64,000 nucleotides of DNA from a plasmid. The DNA lies in NCBI RefSeq assembly GCF_056746865.1, contig NZ_JBWKMP010000003.1. One strand, 5' to 3'. Position numbers and translations under genes: made by a program. Each line of letters starts with the position of its first letter. Within the stretch, counting starts at the first letter, position 1. The notes beneath the pieces are model-generated. The model had not been told where the DNA came from, ran no database searches, and saw only the letters and a program-made list of their open reading frames with translations. This document shows positions 32,676-42,470 of this stretch, piece by piece.

Positions 32676-33482
32676 TTGAGGACGCTTATGGGCCGTTTTG
32701 ATGAATGGCTTGCTGATGATGCAAGCCTGATGAGAAAGGGAACAGAACATGACAGCACGCAGAGAGAAGAGACAACGACGGTTGAAGCGAATGAAGGAAG
32801 CACAACGGAAAATGGGAAGGTCAGTACAGGGCCATTCAGTATTCTGGAAGAACACGCTGCCACCGAAGCAGATAGCCGCCATGATAATTGGCCTGATAAT
32901 GCTGGTGACTCTGTTACGGAAGTGATTGAACCTGACATCGCCCCCCTACCGGCATCGCTCGCTAACAGAGAACCAAACCAGCAGCTTAAAACCCGATATA
33001 ACGGACACAAAGCGTTCAACGACCAGATCCGCGCCGATTGGATGCTCATTATTGAATCAAGCCCTGACGCATTCGAGGCGCTTTTATATCGCCCGGCTGA
33101 TGGCACCTATGGCGTCGTAAACGATGAAACAGGTGAAGAGTCATTCACGCAACTGGACAACAACCAGCGTGAGCTTACCTATCTGGAACCGGAAATCGTA
33201 TACGTCCTGGACAACCCGGACGGAAGGGATTCGTTTCATGCCATTGATGCCGATGGAGAACAGGATGGTCTTGCTGATGAAGTGCTAATCCTGCGTATTG
33301 CTGCAAACAACGTACCTGTTGGTTCAATCCTGGAATGGAACGAAGAAATGGCGAATGGCCTCGCCCGCCGCTGGTGGTACGTGCACCGAATCTTCAGCTA
33401 CGGAACACAACACGTCGGCTCCCTTTATTACTGCATCCCGGCCAGGAACTTTGATACCACTCAAAACGGAGTGATCGAATGA
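32676..33482 (+). CDS. acidic hypothetical protein (virion-module context)
   Basis: 268-aa ORF (TTG at 32676 or ATG at 32688). ATGA-coupled to the next gene. Confidence 0.5.
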   Translation: MRTLMGRFDEWLADDASLMRKGTEHDSTQREETTTVEANEGSTTENGKVSTGPFSILEEHAATEADSRHDNWPDNAGDSVTEVIEPDIAPLPASLANREPNQQLKTRYNGHKAFNDQIRADWMLIIESSPDAFEALLYRPADGTYGVVNDETGEESFTQLDNNQRELTYLEPEIVYVLDNPDGRDSFHAIDADGEQDGLADEVLILRIAANNVPVGSILEWNEEMANGLARRWWYVHRIFSYGTQHVGSLYYCIPARNFDTTQNGVIE

Positions 33483-34246
33483 CATCCAACAAAACTCTCC
33501 TGTCCCGCATTGGCGAGTGGCAGACAACGCGTACTGGAAAATTCCAGACAACTGGTCTGGAAAGAGTGGATAACGCTTTTGCTACGCTAATCAGTGACAT
33601 TTTTTCTGACGTAACGCTGGTGGAACCAGCAAAAGAAGAAAGGCGCTTTGCATCATTCCTGAGTCGCCCACCAGCGGAGCGTGTTTATGTTGCCCGTTTT
33701 GATAACGCGGTCGAGTTCCTTAAAGCGGTTCGCCGTGCTAATGCCGGGCAAGGGAGAAAGCCAGAGAATCCGAACATTAATCGCGATGCGCTCCCTCTGA
33801 TTAATATCTCGCGCTCAATGGATATCAGCTATATCAACAATGACCAGCAGATAGACCGCAAAAGCTGTGATCACTTCTGCGAACCTGGCAGCGGTATGCC
33901 TTTAGTAGCCCTGGAATACACCCAGGCAAATCTGACGTATGACGTTACATTAATGGCGACGGATAAGGCGACCATGAGTCTGATGTGTAATTCGCTAGGA
34001 GCACGTCTTCGCTTGATGGCAGGAACGCAGTTTGAAGCAACAACCCCGCTGGTACGAGTACCCGTCCCGCTAATTTGCGCGATTCAGGATGCTAAAGACA
34101 TCAGTTTTACTGATGTTTCAGCCCCAATTGGGGAAGAGCGTATTTATGCTGCACAAACGGCAATTAGTGTTATAGCAGACGTGATCACCGCCTGGGAGCT
34201 GGACGCGAAACGAATTATTACTGAAACCTCTCTGAGAATGGGGTAA
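33479..34246 (+). CDS. hypothetical tail/baseplate-module protein
   Basis: 255 aa, coupled to neighbours in the hub-spike operon. Confidence 0.45.
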   Translation: MTSNKTLLSRIGEWQTTRTGKFQTTGLERVDNAFATLISDIFSDVTLVEPAKEERRFASFLSRPPAERVYVARFDNAVEFLKAVRRANAGQGRKPENPNINRDALPLINISRSMDISYINNDQQIDRKSCDHFCEPGSGMPLVALEYTQANLTYDVTLMATDKATMSLMCNSLGARLRLMAGTQFEATTPLVRVPVPLICAIQDAKDISFTDVSAPIGEERIYAAQTAISVIADVITAWELDAKRIITETSLRMG

Positions 34247-34249
34247 GCC

Positions 34250-35230
34250 ATGTCCCAGGAGCTACAGCAATACTTTCTACAGTCCGTTACCATCAACGGA
34301 AACAAAGTACCCAGGGAGTGGATATTCACTGCCGTATATGTGGAAAAGGCAAACCTGCGTGCACCATTGCTGAAACTGGAAATTCACGACATTACCGGCA
34401 CCATAATTGATGACTGGAAAACAAAATACGGCGCAGCACTGGTTGCAGAGATGGGAGATCCACAAGGCAATTCAGGCACGTTTAAAACAACTTTTTTCGT
34501 AACATCTGCGGTGCTGGCTGGTGATGTCATCACGGTCATTGCAGTCAGTGAAGACGTTCGGATATTTAAGATCCCCGCCATACGGGCTAACCTGCATACA
34601 AATAAAACGCCTGATACCATTTTCAAGACGTATACCGGTACACTGAAAATCGCCTCCAGCGCATTGAAACGAAGCTGTACGTACCATCTTTCCGCCGGGG
34701 AAAAACCCTCCAAAATGCTATCTGAAATGGCCCGCGATAAAGGCGCTTTATGCTGGGCCTGCCGTGGTCAGTTTAACTTTTATACATTAGCTGACCTTAT
34801 GAAAGCCAAACCATCATTCACCTATGAAGGGAACAACCCCAGGGCGGAATACACGATTTCAAAAATGAGGCTTATACAGCAAGAGTATGCCGTTACGGCA
34901 AATACTCAGTATCGATTTACCGGCTATTCAATGACTGAAGGCTATGTCGAATATGGCGATAGCTCACTTCCAATACGCTATATATCCGATCCGGATATGG
35001 AAACTCTGCGCAATATGCAATTGTCGCTCGTACCCAAAATGGATATTGAGGTCGCGGGTAATCCCGACATCACGCCGGGAATGGTTATTGAGATCCTCGT
35101 GTATCGTTACGACCAGGAAAATAAGCTGGACGAATCGTTGCCTCGTAAGCTGTTGGTGAAAAACGTAGCCCATTTTGAGGACCGGATCGGCTATACAACA
35201 CGAATGATATTAGGAGTACCCAACCAGTGA
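34250..35230 (+). CDS. baseplate hub protein (P2 gpD / gp27-like)
   Basis: 326 aa. Lies immediately upstream of the spike. The segment SKMLSEMARDKGALCWACRGQFNFYTLADL resembles the hub-family motif. Confidence 0.5.
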   Translation: MSQELQQYFLQSVTINGNKVPREWIFTAVYVEKANLRAPLLKLEIHDITGTIIDDWKTKYGAALVAEMGDPQGNSGTFKTTFFVTSAVLAGDVITVIAVSEDVRIFKIPAIRANLHTNKTPDTIFKTYTGTLKIASSALKRSCTYHLSAGEKPSKMLSEMARDKGALCWACRGQFNFYTLADLMKAKPSFTYEGNNPRAEYTISKMRLIQQEYAVTANTQYRFTGYSMTEGYVEYGDSSLPIRYISDPDMETLRNMQLSLVPKMDIEVAGNPDITPGMVIEILVYRYDQENKLDESLPRKLLVKNVAHFEDRIGYTTRMILGVPNQ

Positions 35231-35904
35231 AACGCAGAGCGCAAATCGTAGGGACCAAACACCCTGCCGGACTTATGCGAGCGCAGGTCCGCATACTGCC
35301 TGACTGGAACGGTGTACCGGATGAAGACCTCCCATGGGCAGAGTATCAAATGCCTATCGGTAACGCCTTTACACCTACAGTCAGCGGCGATTTAGTCTGG
35401 GTCGAATTTCCTTATCTGGATGCTAAAGGCAGGATAGACACGCGCCGACCTTTAATCGTTGGCGCGGCGCAGGATGCCCCAGGAGGCGTACCAAATGTGC
35501 CTCCGGAAGCCTCCGGACAAGGAAACGGATGGTCGCCAGAAGAAGTTGATGGTGCTCCTGCCCGCCCCCAGTTTTCGGCGACTGAAGATTTTGTTATTCA
35601 CCGAAACAATATCCTTGAGGTCAGAACGGCTGGCGGTGGCTATGAAATAGCAAACACCGCCGCAGGATCAAGGATAGGGATGAACGAATCCGGCCAGATT
35701 TACATAATCGGCCCGGCGAATATAGTGCTTAATGCTGGAGGTGAGGTTAACGTCAAATCAAGCAGCAAAACCAATGTATCCTCAGATGGAGACGTTAATG
35801 TAAAAGGCAGCAATGTAACCGTCGCCGCTGATGGTGATATAGCCCTGAAAGCTGGTGGCGCGCTAAAAGCAACAGCGAGCAATTTCTCCTTTGTGAAGGG
35901 ATAG
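35227..35904 (+). CDS. baseplate central spike (gpV / VgrG-like: OB-fold plus beta-helix)
   Basis: 225 aa, GTGA-coupled. N-terminal GLMRAQVRILPDW...LPWAEY...GDLVWVEF. C-terminal repetitive G/N/V-rich beta-helix. Confidence 0.65.
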   Translation: MKRRAQIVGTKHPAGLMRAQVRILPDWNGVPDEDLPWAEYQMPIGNAFTPTVSGDLVWVEFPYLDAKGRIDTRRPLIVGAAQDAPGGVPNVPPEASGQGNGWSPEEVDGAPARPQFSATEDFVIHRNNILEVRTAGGGYEIANTAAGSRIGMNESGQIYIIGPANIVLNAGGEVNVKSSSKTNVSSDGDVNVKGSNVTVAADGDIALKAGGALKATASNFSFVKG

Positions 35905-35910
35905 CAAAAT

Positions 35911-35957
35911 GCAAAACTGTGTTAGATAATTGAGTTTTATTTTCTAACACAGTTTTG
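35911..35957. promoter_or_regulatory. inverted pair of operator-like sites within a 16-bp-arm palindrome
   Basis: GCAAAACTGTGTTAGA...TCTAACACAGTTTTGC. Lies just upstream of rdgC. Confidence 0.55.
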
Positions 35958-35963
35958 CGAAAC

Positions 35964-36869
35964 ATGAGATTAGTCGCCTTTAAAAACATATACGTCTATC
36001 GCCTTGCCCGCGAAATTAAACTGGACTCAACCACCGTTAGTGATGCCTTAAGCCAATTCACATTCACTCCATGCGCATCACAAGAAATGGCAAAAGTCGG
36101 ATGGGTGCCGGTTCTGGCTGACAACCTGATCCATGAATACCACGGTTTTCTACTTCTCCAGCAACAGCGAGAAATTAAGCTCCTGCCCTCTCATGTCATT
36201 AAGGAGGAAGTGCAGAAAAAAGTGGAAAAGCTCGAAAATGAGCAATCTCGTAAGCTGAAGAAGTCGGAAAAAAACACCCTGAAGGATGAAGTTCTCCACT
36301 CTTTGTTGCCTCGCGCATTCACTCGCAAATCATTGTCGCGAATCCTTATTGATCGCGACAACTATCTGGTCTTCGTAGAAGCTTCCAGCGCCAGAAAAGC
36401 AGAAGAAATGCTGGCGCTCTTACGTAAATCACTTGGCAGCCTGCCAGTGATTCCATTCACGCCGATAGAACCGCTCGAAATGACTATGACCGAATGGTTC
36501 AAGTCAACATTTCCTCAAGGCTTTAAAGCAGGCGAAGAAGCCATATTGAAATCTCTGTTCGATGACGGCGGCGCAGTTCGTTGCAAGAAAGTAGACCTAC
36601 AGTCAGAGGAAATAATGACTCATATTGAAGCCGGAAAAGTTGCAACAACAGTTGCAATCAACTGGCAGGACCGCGCGACCTTCAGGTTAAACGATGACAT
36701 GAGCATCAAAGCACTGACGTTTTGCGATGATCTCTATGACCAGAACGATGACATCGACCGTGAAGATGTTGCCCAGCGATTTGATGCTGACTTCATTCTG
36801 TTCACAAGCGAATTATCCGCGATGTTTAGCTCGCTGGTGGAGGCCATTGGCGGTGAAGCAGAGCATTAA
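35964..36869 (+). CDS. rdgC: RdgC-like recombination-associated protein
   Basis: Colinear with E. coli RdgC (FKNIYVYRL; FTPCASQEMAKVGWVP; LKDEVLHSLLPRAF; LRKSLGSLPV; DIDREDVAQRFDADFILFT). Confidence 0.85.
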   Translation: MRLVAFKNIYVYRLAREIKLDSTTVSDALSQFTFTPCASQEMAKVGWVPVLADNLIHEYHGFLLLQQQREIKLLPSHVIKEEVQKKVEKLENEQSRKLKKSEKNTLKDEVLHSLLPRAFTRKSLSRILIDRDNYLVFVEASSARKAEEMLALLRKSLGSLPVIPFTPIEPLEMTMTEWFKSTFPQGFKAGEEAILKSLFDDGGAVRCKKVDLQSEEIMTHIEAGKVATTVAINWQDRATFRLNDDMSIKALTFCDDLYDQNDDIDREDVAQRFDADFILFTSELSAMFSSLVEAIGGEAEH

Positions 36870-36885
36870 TAACCGACCGCTGGCG

Positions 36886-37533
36886 GTGAGTCTTTGTGAT
36901 TATACAGGGAATATGGTTTCCCCCTGGCTGGAACACGGCATTGATGCAGTCATTGTCGATCCGCAACACCAGGAGTCCGGCAGCCAATTGATGGAGTCAG
37001 GTGCTGTACTCACACGTATCAGCGCAATTATTGACAGTGATGAGGTCTACAATTTCCTTCGGAAAAATTTGCACAGAGTTGTATTTTTAGCCGGTTTCCC
37101 TCCATGTACTGACCTGGCTGTATCTGGCGCACGCTGGTTCGCAGATAAAGCAAAAAAAGATCCGGTTTTCCAGTTCAAAGCAATGCAGGTTGTCTGGCAG
37201 TGTTACGACATTGCAAAGATGATTGGTTGCCCGTACATGATTGAAAACCCGGTCAGCCAAATATCGACATTCTGGCGTAAACCTGATCACATATTCCATC
37301 CTTATCACTTCACTGCATATTGCAAGGAAGACAATTACACCAAAAAAACATGCCTGTGGAGCGGACAAGGATTCATCATGCCAACTCCGCGAATCGACAA
37401 GTCGTTAGGTGATCCAGATAACCGAATACACAAGGCACCGCCAGGGCCTGAAAGAGCGAATTTTCGTAGCGCGACACCTTACGGTTTTGCAAGAGCTGTA
37501 TTTGAAGCAAATAAGGAGGGAATCCGTGGCTGA
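36886..37533 (+). CDS. DNA (cytosine-5) methyltransferase-like protein
   Basis: About 215 aa from a GTG after the rdgC stop. Motifs LAGFPPCTDLAVSG (PC motif IV) and MIENPV (ENV motif VI). Confidence 0.5.
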   Translation: MSLCDYTGNMVSPWLEHGIDAVIVDPQHQESGSQLMESGAVLTRISAIIDSDEVYNFLRKNLHRVVFLAGFPPCTDLAVSGARWFADKAKKDPVFQFKAMQVVWQCYDIAKMIGCPYMIENPVSQISTFWRKPDHIFHPYHFTAYCKEDNYTKKTCLWSGQGFIMPTPRIDKSLGDPDNRIHKAPPGPERANFRSATPYGFARAVFEANKEGIRG

Positions 37534-38285
37534 TATTGGTGCTAAATTTATTTCTTATAGCGACAATCATCGTCCTGCGGCGGAAGCCACTATCAGCCAT
37601 ATGCGACGTATTCGCTCGGAGGACGAATTTGATCGCCCAGTCTTTAAGTGGGTCGGCGGCAAATTTTCTGCACTGCCCATTATCTTCGAACACCTGCCCC
37701 ACGGAAAACGGTTGATAGAACCTTTCGTTGGAGGTGGCGCTGTTTTCACTAATGCCGGATTTAAAAGCAACCTGCTGAACGATATCAATAATGACCTGAT
37801 TAACTTCTATCAGACATTGCAGCGTGAAGGGCATTCTCTTATCACACTGGCATATCGTTTTTTTCAGGATTACAACTCTGCTGATGCATTTTTGAATGTT
37901 CGCAATGCATTCAACAATGGTGCTTATGATTCCCTTCACCATGCAGCGGCGTTCCTGTATCTCAATCGTCATTGTTTTAATGGCGTCACTCGCTATAACC
38001 GTAAAGGAGAGTTCAACGTCGGATATGGAAAGCAGAAATCACCCCACTTCCCTCTCGCGGAAATGGAGGCGTTCCTGGCTGACGATATTTCAAAGTATTC
38101 GGAATTTGTGTCCGGCGATTTTGCTGGTGTAATTGAGGCTGCCGGGAATGATGATGTGATTTTCTGCGATCCCCCCTATGAACCATTGCCTGACACTACC
38201 GGATTTACAAATTACTCAGGGCATAGCTTTAGGTTTGAAGATCAACAACGGCTGGTGTCACTGCTGGTGGATGCTGGATTTGCCC

Positions 38286-39191
38286 CTATATTTCCAGACA
38301 CCTGTTATCACTTAACCCATTACTGGCCCGCTGCCGTAGATATTCCCGTGGCGAGCGATAACCCAGTGCACTATGCGGATGCCATTCGTTATAATGCTCG
38401 AACGCCTCTGCAAGGTTCTTTGCTGCCGTTAACCCGTCTGGTTTAGGCATGATACTGATGTAGTCACGCTTTATCGTTTTCACGAAGCTCTCTGCTATGC
38501 CGTTACTCTCCGGACTCCGCACCGCCGTGTTCTTCGGTTCAAGCCCCAACATCCGGGCAAACTGCCGTGTTTCATTAGCCCGGTAGCATGAACCATTATC
38601 CGTCAGCCACTCTACTGGAGACGCCGGAAGCTCGTTGCCGAAGCGGCGTTCCACCGCTCCCAGCATTACGTCCTGTACTGTTTCACTGTCGAAGCCGCCC
38701 GTAGTGACTGCCCAGTGCAGTGCCTCACGGTCACAGCAGTCCAGCGCGAACGTGACTCGCAGTTTTTCTCCGTTATCACAGCGGAACTCGAACCCGTCAG
38801 AGCACCATCGTTGATTGCTTTCTTTCACGGCCACTTTGCCAGTATGTGCCCGTTTCGATGGCGGTACAGCGGTTTTTCGCTCAAGCAACAGCGCATTCTG
38901 GCGCATGATCCGGTAAACACGTTTGGCATTGATCGCAGGCATACCATCAAGTTCGGCCTGTCTGCGAAGCAGCGCCCATACCCGACGATAACCATACGTG
39001 GGCAGCTCTCCGATAACATGGTGTATACGGAGAAGCACATCCGTATCATCTGAGTGACGGCTGCGGCGACCATCTTTCCAGTCATCGGTTCGTCTGAGAA
39101 TGACGTGCAACTGCGCACGCGACACCCGGAGACAACGGCTGACTAAGCTTACTCCCCATCCCCGGGCAATAAGGGCGCGTGCGCTATCCAC
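38286..39191 (-). CDS. insD: IS2 OrfB (InsD) transposase catalytic part, expressed by -1 frameshift from OrfA
   Basis: 301 aa with the DDE region. An A-run slippery site lies in the orfA/orfB overlap (around 39190-39200). Confidence 0.93.
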
Positions 39192-39514
39192 TTTTTTGCA
39201 CGCCCGTATTCAACGGCTTCTTTAAGGAGTTCATTTTCCATCGTTTTTTTGCCGAGCAGGCGCTGGAGTTCTTTAATCTGCTTCATGGCAGCAGCAAGTT
39301 CAGAGGCAGGAACGACCTGCTCTCCTGCGGCCACAGCAGTAAGACTTCCCTCCTGGTATTGCTTGCGCCAGAGAAATAACTGGCTGGCTGCCACACCGTG
39401 TTGCCGGGCAACAAGGGAGACCGTCATTCCCGGTTCAAAACTCTGCTGAACAATAGCGATCTTTTCCTGTGTAGTACGCCGTCTGCGTTTCTCCGGTCCT
39501 AAGACATCAATCAT
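39149..39514 (-). CDS. insC: IS2 OrfA (InsC)
   Basis: 121 aa: [41 protein letters not shown]... Confidence 0.93.
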
Positions 39515-39780
39515 CTGCTCTCCAATGACTAGTCTAAAAACTAGTATTAAGACTATCACTTATTTAAGTGATATTGGTTGTCTGGAGATTCAGGGGGCCA
39601 GTCTAGATGCCCACAGACGCGGAGCGAAAATTGTGATAACAAACAGTGGTGCGCCTAACATTCGCGAACTTTACGTTGGCAATGGCTTCAAGGTGTATCC
39701 TATGCCATCCCGTCGCTCTGTATCCTGTAAAGCATCAACGCGAATGATAGCTAACGACATTATAGCCACACTTAATTAAG

Positions 39781-39802
39781 AAAAGCCCCATATGGGGCTT
39801 TT
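39781..39802 (+). terminator. rho-independent terminator after dam
   Basis: AAAAGCCCCA-TA-TGGGGCTTTT. Confidence 0.7.
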
Positions 39803-39827
39803 ATAACATCAAACAAGCACCGTTACG

Positions 39828-39860
39828 GTACACTAACAACACCATTCTGGTACTAAAAAG
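39828..39860. repeat. two tandem copies of CACCnTTnnGGTAC(n)TAA (candidate centromere repeats, downstream flank of the parA operon)
   Basis: CACCGTTACGGTACACTAA and CACCATTCTGGTACTAAA. A related copy lies at 41034-41051. Confidence 0.35.
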
Positions 39861-39914
39861 GAATCAAAGTAGCCTCAAAATAACACATGGACCCAAAACG
39901 GTGTCATTCCGGCG

Positions 39915-40202
39915 TCATTTTGTATCCTCAGACTCTGCAAGCATGAGGATAGCATGGCGGATCATATTCAATTTGCTGCGATTATGCTTTTTGCTTAACG
40001 CATCAAGTACCTGGTACTCGTATTCATTGAAGCCAACACGAATGGATTTAAAATCACGTGGGGCGTCCTTATCGAGCACTTTGTTGTCTTCTGGTTGCTC
40101 ACCCGGCACCAAATCAGCTTTGCTGGCAAAAGCCTCAATTCGGCGTTCAAGATCGAGGTCTTTTACTTCGGGGGCTTTTACCGATTTACGAGGCTTAATC
40201 AC
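39915..40202 (-). CDS. ribbon-helix-helix centromere-binding protein (ParG/type Ib ParB-like)
   Basis: 95 aa. Disordered basic N-terminus plus an RHH C-terminus (FKSIRVGFNEYEYQVLDALSKKHNRSKLNMIRHAILML). Overlaps the parA stop. Confidence 0.65.
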   Translation of the reverse strand: MIKPRKSVKAPEVKDLDLERRIEAFASKADLVPGEQPEDNKVLDKDAPRDFKSIRVGFNEYEYQVLDALSKKHNRSKLNMIRHAILMLAESEDTK

Positions 40203-40836
40203 TTAATAACTCCTTAACCAACATCTGGATTTCACCTTTAGCTTTCCCGTTGTCCATCTCAACAACGCCCTTCCCTTCAGCCATACAATCGCGGTAAACC
40301 TTGCGATCGCGAATGATGGTTTTCAGCAACTTCAGTTGCGGATATTCAGCCAGGTACTCTTTGGCCTCATTGGCTTCATTCACAACCGGATTGGATGGGG
40401 CCATTGTTAAAACTGCGCACGCCTTAATGCTAGGATTAGGCATCAGATCCAAAGCCTCTTCAAAGACTTCAACAAAATGCGCCAGCGTGTCTAAATCTGG
40501 CTGAGATGGCCTGAATGGAACAAGCAAAACATCCGCCGCAGTAATACCGGTGCGCATCTCTTTGCTATCACGACCAGCGGTATCAACAACCACAAATTCA
40601 TAACGCTTGTCCAGATCAAGAAGTGTTTCACGAATATTCCCAAACTTCTGGACGCAATGAATTACTGGAGAAACCTCTGCCGCATTACGGTCCGATGCCC
40701 AACGGGCAGATGTTCCTTGCTTATCTGCATCAAGTAGAACTACGTCCTTATTTGCGCGGGCAAGCTCCGCACAAATGTTTACGCTGGTGGTTGATTTGCC
40801 ACAGCCACCTTTTTGGCTGGCTACCAATATAATCAT
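40195..40836 (-). CDS. parA: ParA-family partition ATPase (type Ib, short)
   Basis: 213 aa. Deviant Walker A SQKGGCGKST, followed by VLLDADKQGT. Confidence 0.9.
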   Translation of the reverse strand: MIILVASQKGGCGKSTTSVNICAELARANKDVVLLDADKQGTSARWASDRNAAEVSPVIHCVQKFGNIRETLLDLDKRYEFVVVDTAGRDSKEMRTGITAADVLLVPFRPSQPDLDTLAHFVEVFEEALDLMPNPSIKACAVLTMAPSNPVVNEANEAKEYLAEYPQLKLLKTIIRDRKVYRDCMAEGKGVVEMDNGKAKGEIQMLVKELLSD

Positions 40837-40853
40837 ATCCGTCCCTCGGTGTT

Positions 40854-40869
40854 ATTTTGGTATCAAAAT
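40854..40869. promoter_or_regulatory. palindrome upstream of parA (possible autoregulatory operator)
   Basis: ATTTTG-GTAT-CAAAAT, 18 nt upstream of the parA start. Confidence 0.3.
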
Positions 40870-41028
40870 GGCTCCAAACAGAAGCCTTATTGATGCGGTT
40901 TTGGCTCTATAGTGGAGTCACTATGCTTTGCAAAAGTATAACACTAAACACTCGAAATTTGCCCTCTGTTGCATCCTGTTTAACACGAAGTCAGCCTCAA
41001 AGTGGAACCAGACACAAAACAGCACCAC

Positions 41029-41053
41029 AACAACACCGTTTTGGTACTAAAAG
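41029..41053. repeat. copy of the AACAACACCnTTnTGGTACTAAAAG repeat (upstream flank of the parA operon)
   Basis: AACAACACCGTTTTGGTACTAAAAG here, versus AACAACACCATTCTGGTACTAAAAAG at 39835-39860. Confidence 0.35.
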
Positions 41054-41078
41054 AGCACCAAATTAGAACCATAACAGT

Positions 41079-41106
41079 ATAAAAAAGGCTGCAAATTGCA
41101 GCCTTT
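41079..41106 (-). terminator. rho-independent terminator after parR
   Basis: On the minus strand: AAAGGCTGCAATTTGCAGCCTTTTTTA. Confidence 0.7.
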
Positions 41107-41121
41107 GAAGATGTAGATTTG

Positions 41122-41487
41122 TTAATCAGGGAGTGAGTTTGCCAAATTCTGTGCAGAGCGGCTTTTCGAAACGCCAGGTTTTTTAACATCCGCTGAGGCT
41201 GAGGGGTTTCCTTCAGGGTTTTCCCGAACTTCAGGCGAAATTTCAAGAAATGAAACCAGCATTTTTCTGATCACTTCAGGGCTATTATCACCGGATAAAA
41301 GCGATGCCAACATGGGAGGTAATCTGCTATCAACCTCGCCAAGAGCGATACCTGCAAGCATCGCTGTGCGCGCCATATCATTGCGATCTCTTAATGGATG
41401 GCCCTCAAGTTTTGCATCAGCATATTGCTCACTGGCGTTAAGACCAGGACGAAGATAAAACAATACTTTTCGACGTTCCTGAGACAT
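41122..41487 (-). CDS. parR: ParR-like centromere-binding adaptor
   Basis: 121 aa. MSQERRKVLFYLRPGLNASEQ...RNDMARTAMLAGIAL parallels R1 ParR (RRTIAFKLNPDVNQTD...RLNRAALTAGLAL). Lies directly downstream of parM. Confidence 0.7.
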   Translation of the reverse strand: MSQERRKVLFYLRPGLNASEQYADAKLEGHPLRDRNDMARTAMLAGIALGEVDSRLPPMLASLLSGDNSPEVIRKMLVSFLEISPEVRENPEGNPSASADVKKPGVSKSRSAQNLANSLPD

Positions 41488-41497
41488 GGCAACCTCA

Positions 41498-42457
41498 TCA
41501 ACCGATAGATTTTAGACCATAGACAAGAGCAAGTTGTGGATCATCAGCAACGAAAAACCTATCGTCACGAATGTTTACCTGCTCACGGATAGCATCAGCA
41601 ACAAGCGGCGCGCCGCCACCAATGACCATAACATGCGTGTATCCTTTGAAATCACTGATCACATCCAGTACGCGTGTACGGAGTCGTTCTATGCTTGACG
41701 AAATGGCTTTCTTAACATCATCAATAGCAGACGGATCGTTAATATTGTCGGTCAAATAATCCTCATCATCACGATTAATGATTAATTGATCGACATTATA
41801 ATTAGAGGTTTCGGTATTCGCTTTTGCAAGTGCCTGTCTGACCTCTTTAGTTACCAGCGAAACGCCGAGATTAGAATCGCCAAATACGCGAGAAACGGCG
41901 GTCATTTGCCCGGCGACCATCGACACATCCAGAGTAGTCCCACCAAGATCAACAATAAGCACAGAATGCGCTGGCACAAGGCTGTCGCACAGACCGATCC
42001 CTGCGGGTATTGACTCCGGGCGCACAGTCACTTTTTTGATAGTAAAAACCTGACCTTTGTTAAGGGTGACTGGTCGCATCAGGCTGGCCTTTTTCCGCTC
42101 AATATTTTTCATGTTGTATTGTGCGTCGTCGTCATAAAACTCTGCCAGTGGCAACGTGACAACTATTTCCACTTCTTGAGGCTCAATGCCACTTGTAAGC
42201 AGGGCATGATGAACAGCAAGCACATTAAGCGGGCTGTATTGCCATTCAACGTTATTCGTCGGCAGCACATCCGGCGAGATCAAGTCATATGAATATTTTT
42301 CGTCATCAATGATGTAGTTAAACGGCTTTCCTGCGCCAAATGTGGCGGACCATCCACGTTTAAAACTGTTCGGACAGATATGGGTTCGAGTTTCCCCGTC
42401 TTGTTCCCACAGCATTTTGATATTGGTAGAACCATCGTCGATAAAAATGCGCATCAT
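41498..42457 (-). CDS. parM: ParM/StbA actin-like segregation ATPase
   Basis: Starts MMRIFIDDGSTNIKM. Internal IVDLGGTTLDV. The track ORF begins 57 nt further upstream. Confidence 0.9.
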   Translation of the reverse strand: MMRIFIDDGSTNIKMLWEQDGETRTHICPNSFKRGWSATFGAGKPFNYIIDDEKYSYDLISPDVLPTNNVEWQYSPLNVLAVHHALLTSGIEPQEVEIVVTLPLAEFYDDDAQYNMKNIERKKASLMRPVTLNKGQVFTIKKVTVRPESIPAGIGLCDSLVPAHSVLIVDLGGTTLDVSMVAGQMTAVSRVFGDSNLGVSLVTKEVRQALAKANTETSNYNVDQLIINRDDEDYLTDNINDPSAIDDVKKAISSSIERLRTRVLDVISDFKGYTHVMVIGGGAPLVADAIREQVNIRDDRFFVADDPQLALVYGLKSIG

Positions 42458-42470
42458 ATTGCTCCACTTC

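Larger units (their letters stand above)
38275..39605 (-). mobile_element. IS2: IS2 (IS3 family), complete
   Basis: 1331 bp. Ends TGGATTTGCCCCTATATTTCCAGACA... and ...TCTGGAGATTCAGGGGGCCAGTCTA. The 5-bp target duplication GATGC lies at 38270-38274 and 39606-39610. Confidence 0.95.
37526..39779 (+). pseudogene. dam: Dam-family N6-adenine DNA methyltransferase interrupted by IS2
   Basis: GTG at 37526 with an AAGGAGGG Shine-Dalgarno. Motifs FKWVGGKF, EPFVGGGAV, DPPY. The reading frame breaks at 38274/38275. Joining 38274 to 39611 restores ...[26 protein letters not shown]...TLN*. Confidence 0.85.

Noticed and set aside
32549-33106. 185-aa minus-strand ORF
   Set aside because: It is antisense to the 32676-33482 gene, has a low-complexity Ser/Leu/Ala composition, and would overlap the higB promoter region.
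36727-36885. Upstream extension of the C5-methylase-like ORF overlapping rdgC by 143 nt
   Set aside because: The overlap with the well-supported rdgC 3' end is implausibly long. An in-frame GTG at 36886, just after the rdgC stop, gives a sensible start immediately before the first conserved residues.
37376-37972. 198-aa minus-strand ORF
   Set aside because: It is antisense to the methyltransferase genes, whose motifs (PC, ENV, DPPY, FxGxG) clearly define the plus-strand frames.
37409-38446. Apparently intact 345-aa ORF (Dam-like)
   Set aside because: Its last 57 codons are read-through into the IS2 terminal repeat, and its first 39 codons overlap the preceding gene. The real gene is the IS2-split pseudogene 37526-38274 plus 39611-39779.
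39525-39779. 84-aa plus-strand ORF after IS2
   Set aside because: Its N-terminal 28 codons lie inside the IS2 end. The remainder is the displaced 3' end of dam.
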